From an uncultured Candidatus Saccharibacteria bacterium (lineage in GTDB: Bacteria; Patescibacteriota; Minisyncoccia; Phycocordibacterales; UBA1006), in contig CAYSOB010000002.1 in assembly GCA_964432575.1 (NCBI GenBank), forward strand, positions 1 through 37,695: 37,695 nt of DNA. Reading direction: 5' to 3'. Below are positions 27,470-34,622 of the stretch, in pieces. How positions within the stretch are numbered: the first letter of the stretch is position 1; each line of letters starts with the position of its first letter. The notes below the pieces were generated by a model. It was not told the origin of the DNA. It was given only the letters and a program-made list of their open reading frames with translations, and made no database searches. A program made the translations under genes and the position numbers.

Positions 27470-27497
27470 TTGACATATTTTTAAATACATGTATAAT
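27470..27497 (+). promoter_or_regulatory. consensus-like promoter TTGACA-16-TATAAT
   Basis: TTGACA at 27470-27475 and TATAAT at 27492-27497. This leaves a 21-nt SD-less leader to ATG 27519. Confidence 0.5.
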
Positions 27498-27518
27498 GGT
27501 TAACAAATAAAACTTTAA

Positions 27519-27851
27519 ATGAAGAAGGTTATAATAATGAGCTTTTTCCTGATAGTGTTGGGGAACTGTTCGCACGCGGAAACGTCTTTTTCGGCAGAGA
27601 CGATTAAAATAACTACCGACATTCCATCTGGATTTTTATATTTTCAATCACCATTCGCGATTGATTCTATATGGATTCAACGATCGAAAACCGGAGATGT
27701 CGTGTTTCAAACCGACGTAAAAAATGACCAGGCAGACATTGGATCCTTTTTGCAGGAAAAAATGAGCCAGGACAAGTTGTCCAATCTTTACTTTATCACT
27801 TTTATAACAAGGGACAAAAAACAGTTACTTGGAAGGTGGTTTGTGTATTAG
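27519..27851 (+). CDS. small secreted hypothetical protein
   Basis: 110 aa. N-terminal signal peptide MKKVIIMSFFLIVLGNCSHA/ET. No recognisable domain. Own promoter and terminator. Confidence 0.55.
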   Translation: MKKVIIMSFFLIVLGNCSHAETSFSAETIKITTDIPSGFLYFQSPFAIDSIWIQRSKTGDVVFQTDVKNDQADIGSFLQEKMSQDKLSNLYFITFITRDKKQLLGRWFVY

Positions 27852-27869
27852 AAATCGATGTAAAATTTA

Positions 27870-27903
27870 AAAAAGCCATGATCAATGTATCATGGCTTTT
27901 TTG
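27870..27903 (+). terminator. rho-independent terminator
   Basis: AAAAAGCCATGAT / CAATGT / ATCATGGCTTTTTT hairpin. Confidence 0.7.
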
Positions 27904-28052
27904 TATGTAAAAAGGTGTATAAAAACTTGACTTATATATTATATTATGATATAATTAAGTCATGAAATAAAATAATGGTTTTCGTGATATAATTATTGCA
28001 TACAAAATTATTGTTAACATTTTATTATTCATTAATACAACATAAATTATCT

Positions 28053-28775
28053 ATGGAAAATCTTGGAAAAAAAATTCATCAAAACGTTAAAAAATTATTA
28101 ACCGTCGGAGCTTTTGTTGGTACTGCTGCAATGGGTTTTTCAAAAGAATCAGGTAAAACAATCGAGAAAGATCTTGCTTCAAATATAAATACAACAATTG
28201 CACACAATGGTCCTGAGTCAAACATTGGCGTAGTTACTGATAATGTTCAAGAAACTGCACAACAAACTCTTGTGAATACTCAGATTGAATTCAAAACTGC
28301 AATTGCGGATCTTCAAAAGAGATTTGCACATGACCCTGTTATGTTGCAAAAAATTAACGAAATTTCAGATTTGTCTCAAAAAGCTGCAGTGTTTGCAACT
28401 GGCTTTATGAAAGACCGAATGGAAGGTTTGGATACAGCAAAAGTTCAAGAATATATTACCGATGCAATTGATGCAGCAAAAAGTCCTGAATCTCCAATGT
28501 TCTTTAAAGAAAACGCAGCATTGAAAGATCTTGATGGACAATTACTTGGATCTGTTATACATCAAACCGGATTTAATGGTAGTGAGAATCATCTTGCTGA
28601 TGGTATTATTGTTTCTAAAACTCAGACTATGGACGCATTGCTTAATGGACAAGATGATATTATGTCACGCTTGATTGCTTATAACATTAAATTTATTGCA
28701 GAAAAAGCAGGGGTTAAAACTCCAAATTCTATGGATCAAGCAGTCAACAATGTTGATAATCTTGCATCTCGATAA
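28053..28775 (+). CDS. hypothetical membrane-anchored/secreted helical protein
   Basis: Start re-called to ATG 28053 (MENLGKKIHQNVKKLLTVGAFVGTAAMGF, a charged n-region followed by a hydrophobic h-region). The track start at 27996 is a TTG 2 nt after a -10 box. No recognisable family. Confidence 0.5.
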   Translation: MENLGKKIHQNVKKLLTVGAFVGTAAMGFSKESGKTIEKDLASNINTTIAHNGPESNIGVVTDNVQETAQQTLVNTQIEFKTAIADLQKRFAHDPVMLQKINEISDLSQKAAVFATGFMKDRMEGLDTAKVQEYITDAIDAAKSPESPMFFKENAALKDLDGQLLGSVIHQTGFNGSENHLADGIIVSKTQTMDALLNGQDDIMSRLIAYNIKFIAEKAGVKTPNSMDQAVNNVDNLASR

Positions 28776-28787
28776 TAGCTTTATAAC

Positions 28788-28813
28788 AAAAAACCGCTAT
28801 AAGCGGTTTTTTG
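28788..28813. terminator. bidirectional terminator (AAAAACCGCT/ATA/AGCGGTTTTTT)
   Basis: Perfect hairpin with a flanking A-run and T-run. Lies between the + strand orphan gene and the - strand tRNA-Thr. Confidence 0.65.
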
Positions 28814-28829
28814 TTATATGTTATATATG

Positions 28830-28902
28830 AGCCGATGGGCAGAATCGAACTGCCGACCTTTTCGTTACGAGTGAAATGCTCTGCCAACTGAGCTACATCG
28901 GC
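28830..28902 (-). tRNA. tRNA-Thr (CGU)
   Basis: Reverse complement reads GCCGATG-TA-GCTC-AGTTGGCA-GAGC-A-TTTCA-CT-CGT-AA-CGAAA-AGGTC-GGCAG-TTCGATT-CTGCC-CATCGGC-T. There is an A31/C39 mismatch at the anticodon stem base. Confidence 0.85.
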
Positions 28903-28944
28903 TTTATTTTTTAGAGTATAATGAAATAATATCTTTTTCAAGTA

Positions 28945-28976
28945 TAAAAAAGGAGTGGCATTCTATGCCACTCCTT
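28945..28976 (-). terminator. rho-independent terminator of the secreted-protein operon
   Basis: 12-bp hairpin AAGGAGTGGCAT / 3-nt loop / ATGCCACTCCTT, followed on the minus strand by a T5 run. Confidence 0.65.
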
Positions 28977-28998
28977 GTATGATTTTAGAAAAAATATA

Positions 28999-30576
28999 TT
29001 ATTGTTTTATATATTTTTTTGTAAATGTTTTGTCGTTAATGTTTATTTTTAGAATATACATTCCGATTGAAACATTCTCTAACAAGATATTTTGATTCCC
29101 GGTTTTTCCGTTAATCTTTTTATCCCATATTTGTTGCCCTAAAGCATTCAAGCATGAAATAGTAATTGGTGTATCTACTGGTAAAAATATGGGTAGGTAT
29201 TGGTCATTGTTTCCTGGATTTGGAAACACATTACTAATTTTTACATCAAATCCGTTTATTTTTGCAGATACTATTGTTGATATTTTATATTTTTGTGAAT
29301 AATCCAGTTGATATAAACGATAGTAATACAATATTTCTGGGTTTACGCCATAATCGTCAAACTCATAGTTTTGTATCTTATTTGAGTTATTATAACCATC
29401 TACCCAATCAATCCTTTCCCAATTTACTGCATCAAGACTTCGTTCAATATAAAAACCTTTATTATTTAATTCACTAACAGTTTGCCAGTTTAATCGAATA
29501 AATTCGTTATTTATTGGTCTTGCGGAGAATTCTACTAACTCAACTGGTAATTGAGGCCCATAACCTGCCGCAATTACAAGGTCTTTCGAGACCCCTTTAT
29601 AGGGTTCTCCGGGTATTATAAGAGCTGAACCAGTCCAGTCACTATACTGACAAAATGCGTCGGTGATAGTACCGACTACTGTTTCTGCAAAACCCAGCCA
29701 GTCATTAGTTGCGTTTGATGATTGAAATATTCTACGTGGACCTAATCCAGATCCGCATGCATTTGTATGCCCATAAGCAGTATAAATGTAATCGTTTGGC
29801 CCATTGAATCGCCAAAAATCATTTTTCAGACAGGTAAATTCAACCCATTGAGCATTTATACCTGGAATACAAGGATTAGGAAAATTTCCAGAAAAACCAC
29901 TTGGATAAAATTTACTAAAATAGAAAGTTCCAGGGTTTGTGACCGTTTTCACAGAAACATAATCCCCACCCGTTGTGCCTAAGCTAGAAAAGTTTAAATC
30001 AATACGATGATAGCCCGCCGTAGAGTTACCAATAGGAAATGTATATGTGTTTAGTGAATTAACTAACATTTTTAACTCTCCCGTATTATCGTCAACTTTA
30101 AAATATTTTGTCGGGCCATATCCAATTATTGCACCAGGCCCACCAGTTTTTATGGTAGCAATCTGTCCACCACTTAAATCGATTAAACCGTCCGTGTTAA
30201 AGGTTATAGAATCAGCATTAAAATCTCCATCAGCAATGATATTTGTTGAATTTGATTTTATAAGATGACCAAGATTATTAGAACCTATAATAGGATTAGT
30301 AATATATTGGTTACCTGTACCTATAAAATATTCACGACCAGTTGAGACATAATTATTTATAACCGTTAAGTCTCCGGTCAACATAATTACTCCTTTATTT
30401 TGAATAGTTCCGTCAACGTAAATATTTTTATTAACATAGACAGTGTTATTATTTTCAACATAAAGAGAACTACTGGGGCCAACATAAAGTGTTTGCGCTA
30501 TTGTCGTACCTGTTACCAGGCTCATCCAGATCCATAATAAAATAAATAAGGATGAATTTTTAAGAAAACTTCTCAT
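28999..30576 (-). CDS. secreted protein with T9SS type-A C-terminal sorting domain (Bacteroidota-like)
   Basis: 525 aa. Signal peptide ending TIAQ/T. Cys-containing globular middle region. An Ig/Fn3-like module VELVEFSARP..LNWQT..ELNNKGFYIERSLD..YYYRLYQLD. The final ~75 aa are VFPNPGNN..PITISCLNALGQQIW..VSIGMYILKININDKTFTKKYIKQ, which matches by eye the Por/T9SS CTD pattern (xPNPxxx ... G(x)Y ... K..K). The start overlaps the upstream stop as ATGA. Confidence 0.75.
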   Translation of the reverse strand: MRSFLKNSSLFILLWIWMSLVTGTTIAQTLYVGPSSSLYVENNNTVYVNKNIYVDGTIQNKGVIMLTGDLTVINNYVSTGREYFIGTGNQYITNPIIGSNNLGHLIKSNSTNIIADGDFNADSITFNTDGLIDLSGGQIATIKTGGPGAIIGYGPTKYFKVDDNTGELKMLVNSLNTYTFPIGNSTAGYHRIDLNFSSLGTTGGDYVSVKTVTNPGTFYFSKFYPSGFSGNFPNPCIPGINAQWVEFTCLKNDFWRFNGPNDYIYTAYGHTNACGSGLGPRRIFQSSNATNDWLGFAETVVGTITDAFCQYSDWTGSALIIPGEPYKGVSKDLVIAAGYGPQLPVELVEFSARPINNEFIRLNWQTVSELNNKGFYIERSLDAVNWERIDWVDGYNNSNKIQNYEFDDYGVNPEILYYYRLYQLDYSQKYKISTIVSAKINGFDVKISNVFPNPGNNDQYLPIFLPVDTPITISCLNALGQQIWDKKINGKTGNQNILLENVSIGMYILKININDKTFTKKYIKQ

Positions 30577-31307
30577 CTTCTATAAGTTGTAATAGTGAAA
30601 ACACATTCTGTCGCACTAGTAGAGTTTCCTCCAATTATTACACCAACAGATCCTCCAGTGCGGATAGTCCTTAAATCAAACGTATATGACCCTGTTGTTG
30701 GAATTACGTATACAGCAGTACTACTGTAAGGAATCCACCAAGGCGCATTTACTGAACTGTTTATTTCTCCTCTTGAATAACCTCCAACTGAAATTAATGA
30801 AGTATTTACAAACGGAGCAATATCAATTGTGGCATAACCTGTTCCGGTTGAATAAGCCATATTACCTGAGTAATGGATCGTAACAACGTCACCTGCTAAG
30901 TAATTAGCAGTCAATGTTGTTCCAGGGATTATTTGCCATGAAGCATTTGGAATCACTGAACCAGTACTTTCAACTGACTGGAATAATGGACCAGTAATAA
31001 ACCTGTCCCACCGTGTACCGGTCCAATAATAATAACCAGGGGTTACTGCCGTAGAGCCGGTTCCAGCGATTATAGTGTTGTAAACAATCCCTCCTATTGG
31101 AGGTGAAGGTACGACAGTTGTGACATCTGCTGTTGAAGTTAATGCTACTTGGTTTGGAACCATGGCTTTATTATTATCCCATAAATAAAACGAAGACCCC
31201 GAGGGGGCTGGGATAACAGGACCTGTTCCTGTAGATGTTTGTGCATAAATCTGCGTAGCGATCATCATCATGATGATTAGAACTACATTTCTAAATTTCT
31301 TTCTCAT
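30573..31307 (-). CDS. secreted hypothetical protein (Bacteroidota-like signal peptide and GxxVYNT..YYW motif)
   Basis: 244 aa. Signal peptide MRKKFRNVVLIIMMMIATQIYAQ/T. Motif GGIVYNT...GYYYWTGTRW, which I recognise from many Bacteroidota surface proteins. S/T/G-rich beta-type sequence. TGA stop overlaps the next ATG, suggesting translational coupling. Confidence 0.6.
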   Translation of the reverse strand: MRKKFRNVVLIIMMMIATQIYAQTSTGTGPVIPAPSGSSFYLWDNNKAMVPNQVALTSTADVTTVVPSPPIGGIVYNTIIAGTGSTAVTPGYYYWTGTRWDRFITGPLFQSVESTGSVIPNASWQIIPGTTLTANYLAGDVVTIHYSGNMAYSTGTGYATIDIAPFVNTSLISVGGYSRGEINSSVNAPWWIPYSSTAVYVIPTTGSYTFDLRTIRTGGSVGVIIGGNSTSATECVFTITTYRR

Positions 31308-31350
31308 ACTCTTATTGTTTTAGTTTATTTTGTTTTTAAAGATTTTAATG

Positions 31351-31379
31351 AGTATAGAATAGATAAATATTTTTGTCAA
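31351..31379 (-). promoter_or_regulatory. consensus sigma70 promoter TTGACA-17-TATACT for the secreted-protein operon
   Basis: Minus strand: TTGACA (31379-31374), a 17-nt spacer, TATACT (31356-31351). This leaves a ~43-nt leader to ATG 31307. Confidence 0.55.
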
Positions 31380-31388
31380 AAAAACAAA

Positions 31389-32081
31389 ATGATGCATAAT
31401 AATCATATGCACCCATGGGAATCTGAATATCGCAATCCGCAATTTATTACATTGGGCACAGAACCAATTGCGGCAGTACGTGATTTTACAAAATGGTTAC
31501 GACGCAATAAAAAAGTCGACATGACTGATTTTATTGTTTTTGATGCAGGGTGTGGAAACGGAAAACATGTAAAATATTTGGTAGAGAATTTTTGTTTATC
31601 TGGAATTGGTTATGATATTTCGCCAACAGCAATTAAACAGGCTAATGACCTGAAGGGCGACTTACCGATTAATTACCTGGTGAAATCTATCGGATCAAAA
31701 CTTGACATAGCTGACGCGTCGATTGACTTGGTTATTGATGCAACAAGTTCCCATGCGCTTTCTGTGGATGAACGCGGGAAATTTCTGAAAGAAATTTCCC
31801 GCATCATGAAACCTGGCGGGTATATGTTTTTACGCACATTAGCAATGGAAGGTGATGTGAATGCAAAAAATTTAATTAAACAATTTCCAGGAAGCGAGAC
31901 TAATACGTATGTATTACCAGGAACAGGAATGGCAGAGCGAGTTTTCTTACAATCAGATTTAGAATCTGATTATTCAACGGAATTTGATATGGTGCATATT
32001 GAAAAAACATCAGGATATCAAAAATGGGGGAATCAATCGTATAAACGAAACTACTGGGTGGTCTATTTACAAAAGAAATAA
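31389..32081 (+). CDS. class I SAM-dependent methyltransferase
   Basis: Motif I VFDAGCGNGKH, motif II-like DLVIDATS, and post-II MKPGGYMFL. An alternative start at ATG 31407 lies 6 nt after TG-CATAAT (31393-31400), matching the leaderless pattern seen elsewhere. Confidence 0.75.
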   Translation: MMHNNHMHPWESEYRNPQFITLGTEPIAAVRDFTKWLRRNKKVDMTDFIVFDAGCGNGKHVKYLVENFCLSGIGYDISPTAIKQANDLKGDLPINYLVKSIGSKLDIADASIDLVIDATSSHALSVDERGKFLKEISRIMKPGGYMFLRTLAMEGDVNAKNLIKQFPGSETNTYVLPGTGMAERVFLQSDLESDYSTEFDMVHIEKTSGYQKWGNQSYKRNYWVVYLQKK

Positions 32082-32127
32082 TATGTGATATGGTTTTTTA
32101 AATTGATAACTTAAAAAATCATACACC

Positions 32128-32898
32128 ATGGCAAGTTTACATCTCGAAGAACTAAAAGAAATCATAATAAGAATTTTTCAAAAACCAAGATTAAGAGTTG
32201 TTTTAGAAACAATGAGCCCAAATGAAGATATTCCGGGATTAATCTTGTTAGATGAAGAAAAAAGAGATCTGATTTCTGCTTTCAAATTTTCTAAAAGTAA
32301 TGCATCTGCATACCTTGAAATCGTTGAGTCGGTTAAAGATAATTTCCTACACCTTCACCTTCAGGAACATGACCGGTTAATGAATGATCTTTTGTTTGAC
32401 GACAATTTGTCTTTAAGAGCAAAGATTTTGAGTAATCAATCAAAAGATTTCAAACCATTCATTCGTGCCTATCAGGTTGCTGGTAAACCAATTAATGCTG
32501 CCAGACCAAAAAATATTCTGTGTTTAAGCCCTTCTCCGAAATGTTATGTGTACAATGAAGAGATTAAGCAGCTGCAGGATGAAATGTATCAGCGTGGAAT
32601 GTTTGGTGGAATTATTATTTCTACCACTACCATGGATGCGCGGCCTTTGTTGGAAACCAGACAGATTGATGGAATTTTTAACTGTGACTGGGGAAGGTAT
32701 GTTATCCGATCTTCTAAGGAGGAAATTCTTTCTGCCTTAAATGTAAACCCGTTGAACGGAGAAAGGTTTAACGATCAGGCGTTTAATAATTACGTCATGT
32801 CACTACCGATGAATTATCACCATAGTGACATATATGACTTTTTTATTGAACTCAAAAAAGGAAAAAGGTTGGAACAAGGTGAATTACAATTAAAGTAA
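32128..32898 (+). CDS. hypothetical protein (no recognisable domain)
   Basis: 256-aa ORF, 46 nt downstream of the methyltransferase and followed by a terminator. Soluble-looking, with no motif I can name. Confidence 0.5.
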   Translation: MASLHLEELKEIIIRIFQKPRLRVVLETMSPNEDIPGLILLDEEKRDLISAFKFSKSNASAYLEIVESVKDNFLHLHLQEHDRLMNDLLFDDNLSLRAKILSNQSKDFKPFIRAYQVAGKPINAARPKNILCLSPSPKCYVYNEEIKQLQDEMYQRGMFGGIIISTTTMDARPLLETRQIDGIFNCDWGRYVIRSSKEEILSALNVNPLNGERFNDQAFNNYVMSLPMNYHHSDIYDFFIELKKGKRLEQGELQLK

Positions 32899-32922
32899 AA
32901 TTGAAAAAGAAAGCATCGAGAA

Positions 32923-32953
32923 GCCCGCATGTTATATACTGTGGGTTTTTTTT
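32923..32953 (+). terminator. rho-independent terminator
   Basis: CCCGCA / 10-nt loop / TGTGGG (one G:U pair) followed by a T8 run. Confidence 0.5.
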
Positions 32954-32983
32954 AATTCATTTTTCAGTATACTGTCACTAATC

Positions 32984-33859
32984 ATGAGTAAAGAAGAAAT
33001 ACAATCAAAAATTACAGAACTGGAACAGTCCATGTATGCGGCTGATTTTTGGAGTGATAAAGACCGTGCACAAGCAATTTTAAAAGAAATTGATGATTTA
33101 AAAGGAAAACTGGAAGGTGCTGGAAAGTATGATAAAGGTGATGCTGTGCTATCAATTTTTACTGGTGCTGGCGGCGATGACGCAGAGGATTTTTCTGCAA
33201 TGTTGCTCAACATGTATAAAAAGTATATTGAAAATCAACATTGGAGTTACACAGTTTTAGATGCAAATGAAAATTCTCTGGGTGGTTATCGCAGTGTGTC
33301 CATTGAGATTCATGGTAAAAATGCTTATGGAAAATTAAAAAATGAATCAGGTGTACATCGATTAGTGCGCATGAGCCCGTTTAATGCAAAAGGAAAACGC
33401 AATACAAGTTTTTCAATGGTAGAAGTCTTGCCAAAGTTTGATAAGACTGATTTTGAAATTCCAGAATCAGAACTAGAAATTAGTTTTGCACGCAGTGGTG
33501 GAGCAGGTGGACAAAACGTAAACAAACGGGAAACAGCTGTGCGCATGACACACGCTCCAACAGGATTATCTGTATATGCAACTGCAGAACGGACCCAGGA
33601 AGCAAATCGTGATGCTGCACTAAAATTATTACTTGCAAAGGTGTGGAAATTAAAAGATGAACAGGAACGATTACATGAACGCGGTATGGCGATTTCTGCA
33701 ACAACTGATAATGAATGGGGAAGTCAGATTCGTAGTTACACACTGCATCCTTATAAACTTATCAAAGATCATCGAACGGGATTTGAAACGGGTAATGTTG
33801 AGAAAGTTATGGAGGATGGATATTTGGATGAATTCATCGAAGCAGAAAAAGATTTGTAA
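32984..33859 (+). CDS. prfB: peptide chain release factor 2, short form (truncated domain 1), single uninterrupted frame
   Basis: SPF tripeptide (RMSPFNAKGKRNTSF), GGQ (SGGAGGQNVNK), and WGSQIRSYTLHPYKLIKDHRTG, all RF2 hallmarks. Only 291 aa. TATACT (32968-32973) ends 10 nt before the ATG. No upstream frame-0 exon and no CUU-UGA shift site. Confidence 0.88.
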   Translation: MSKEEIQSKITELEQSMYAADFWSDKDRAQAILKEIDDLKGKLEGAGKYDKGDAVLSIFTGAGGDDAEDFSAMLLNMYKKYIENQHWSYTVLDANENSLGGYRSVSIEIHGKNAYGKLKNESGVHRLVRMSPFNAKGKRNTSFSMVEVLPKFDKTDFEIPESELEISFARSGGAGGQNVNKRETAVRMTHAPTGLSVYATAERTQEANRDAALKLLLAKVWKLKDEQERLHERGMAISATTDNEWGSQIRSYTLHPYKLIKDHRTGFETGNVEKVMEDGYLDEFIEAEKDL

Positions 33860-33973
33860 TTAAAATGACTCCACGACTGTATTGGCCGCAGAGTCATTTA
33901 CTACTGATTATTTTTAATATGTCAAGATAACTCAAAATACCCAAAATTCATCGTTATGCTATAATACACCCAT

Positions 33974-34603
33974 ATGATTATTACTCATCACGGAAAACAA
34001 TTTTTTAAATTACAGACAGGGGATCGTGTTATTGCCCTTAATCCTATTGCAAAAGATTCAAAGTTTAAAACCAGTGGTTTTGGAGCCGACATTGCACTGA
34101 TTACTGAAAATCATCCTGACTACAGTGGTGTAGATACCGTCACCTATGGCGATCGAGTTCCTTTTGTGATTAAGGGACCTGGTGAATACGAAGTTTCTGA
34201 AATTATGTTTCGAGGGTTTTTATCAAAAGGAACTGATGGCAAAAACGACTTAATCAACACTGTTTATTATTTTGAATTTGATGATATAAAAGTTTGTTTT
34301 TTGGGTGCCTTGTATGAAGGAGCTCTTTCTACCGAAGCGCGCGAATCAATTGATCAAGTAGATATTTTATTTGTACCCATTGGTGGCAAAACAGTTATTA
34401 ATGCTGAAACGGCTGCAAAATTGGCTCGAACATTTGAAGCAAAAATAATTATCCCTATGGATTATGGTAGTGACCAGGAACCTGATGCGTTGAAAAAGTT
34501 TTTAAAAGAATCTGGTGCAAAAGAATCAACACCCGTTGAAAAACTTACATTAAAATTAAAAGATTTTACAGGAAAAGAAGGTGAAGTGATAGTATTTGCA
34601 TAA
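33974..34603 (+). CDS. MBL-fold (UPF0173/Lactamase_B_3-like) protein with degenerate metal motif
   Basis: MIITHHGKQFFKLQ..VIALNP...ADIALITENHPDYSG resembles the MKITWLGHA..ILIDP..aDlvLiTHxHxDH layout, but THxHxDH is replaced by TENHPDY. TGc-TATAAT ends 8 nt before the ATG. Confidence 0.5.
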   Translation: MIITHHGKQFFKLQTGDRVIALNPIAKDSKFKTSGFGADIALITENHPDYSGVDTVTYGDRVPFVIKGPGEYEVSEIMFRGFLSKGTDGKNDLINTVYYFEFDDIKVCFLGALYEGALSTEARESIDQVDILFVPIGGKTVINAETAAKLARTFEAKIIIPMDYGSDQEPDALKKFLKESGAKESTPVEKLTLKLKDFTGKEGEVIVFA

Positions 34604-34622
34604 TTGTTAAAAAGTATTAGTT

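Noticed and set aside
32899-32990. Programmed +1 frameshift site of prfB
   Set aside because: I looked for an upstream short frame-0 ORF ending in CUU-UGA with an SD-like stimulator. The 85-nt upstream region instead holds a terminator and a -10 box, and the RF2 frame is continuous from its ATG.
33864-33898. Possible terminator after prfB (AATGACTC ... GAGTCATT)
   Set aside because: It is an 8-bp stem with a 19-nt loop and no adjacent T-run. This is too weak to call as an intrinsic terminator.
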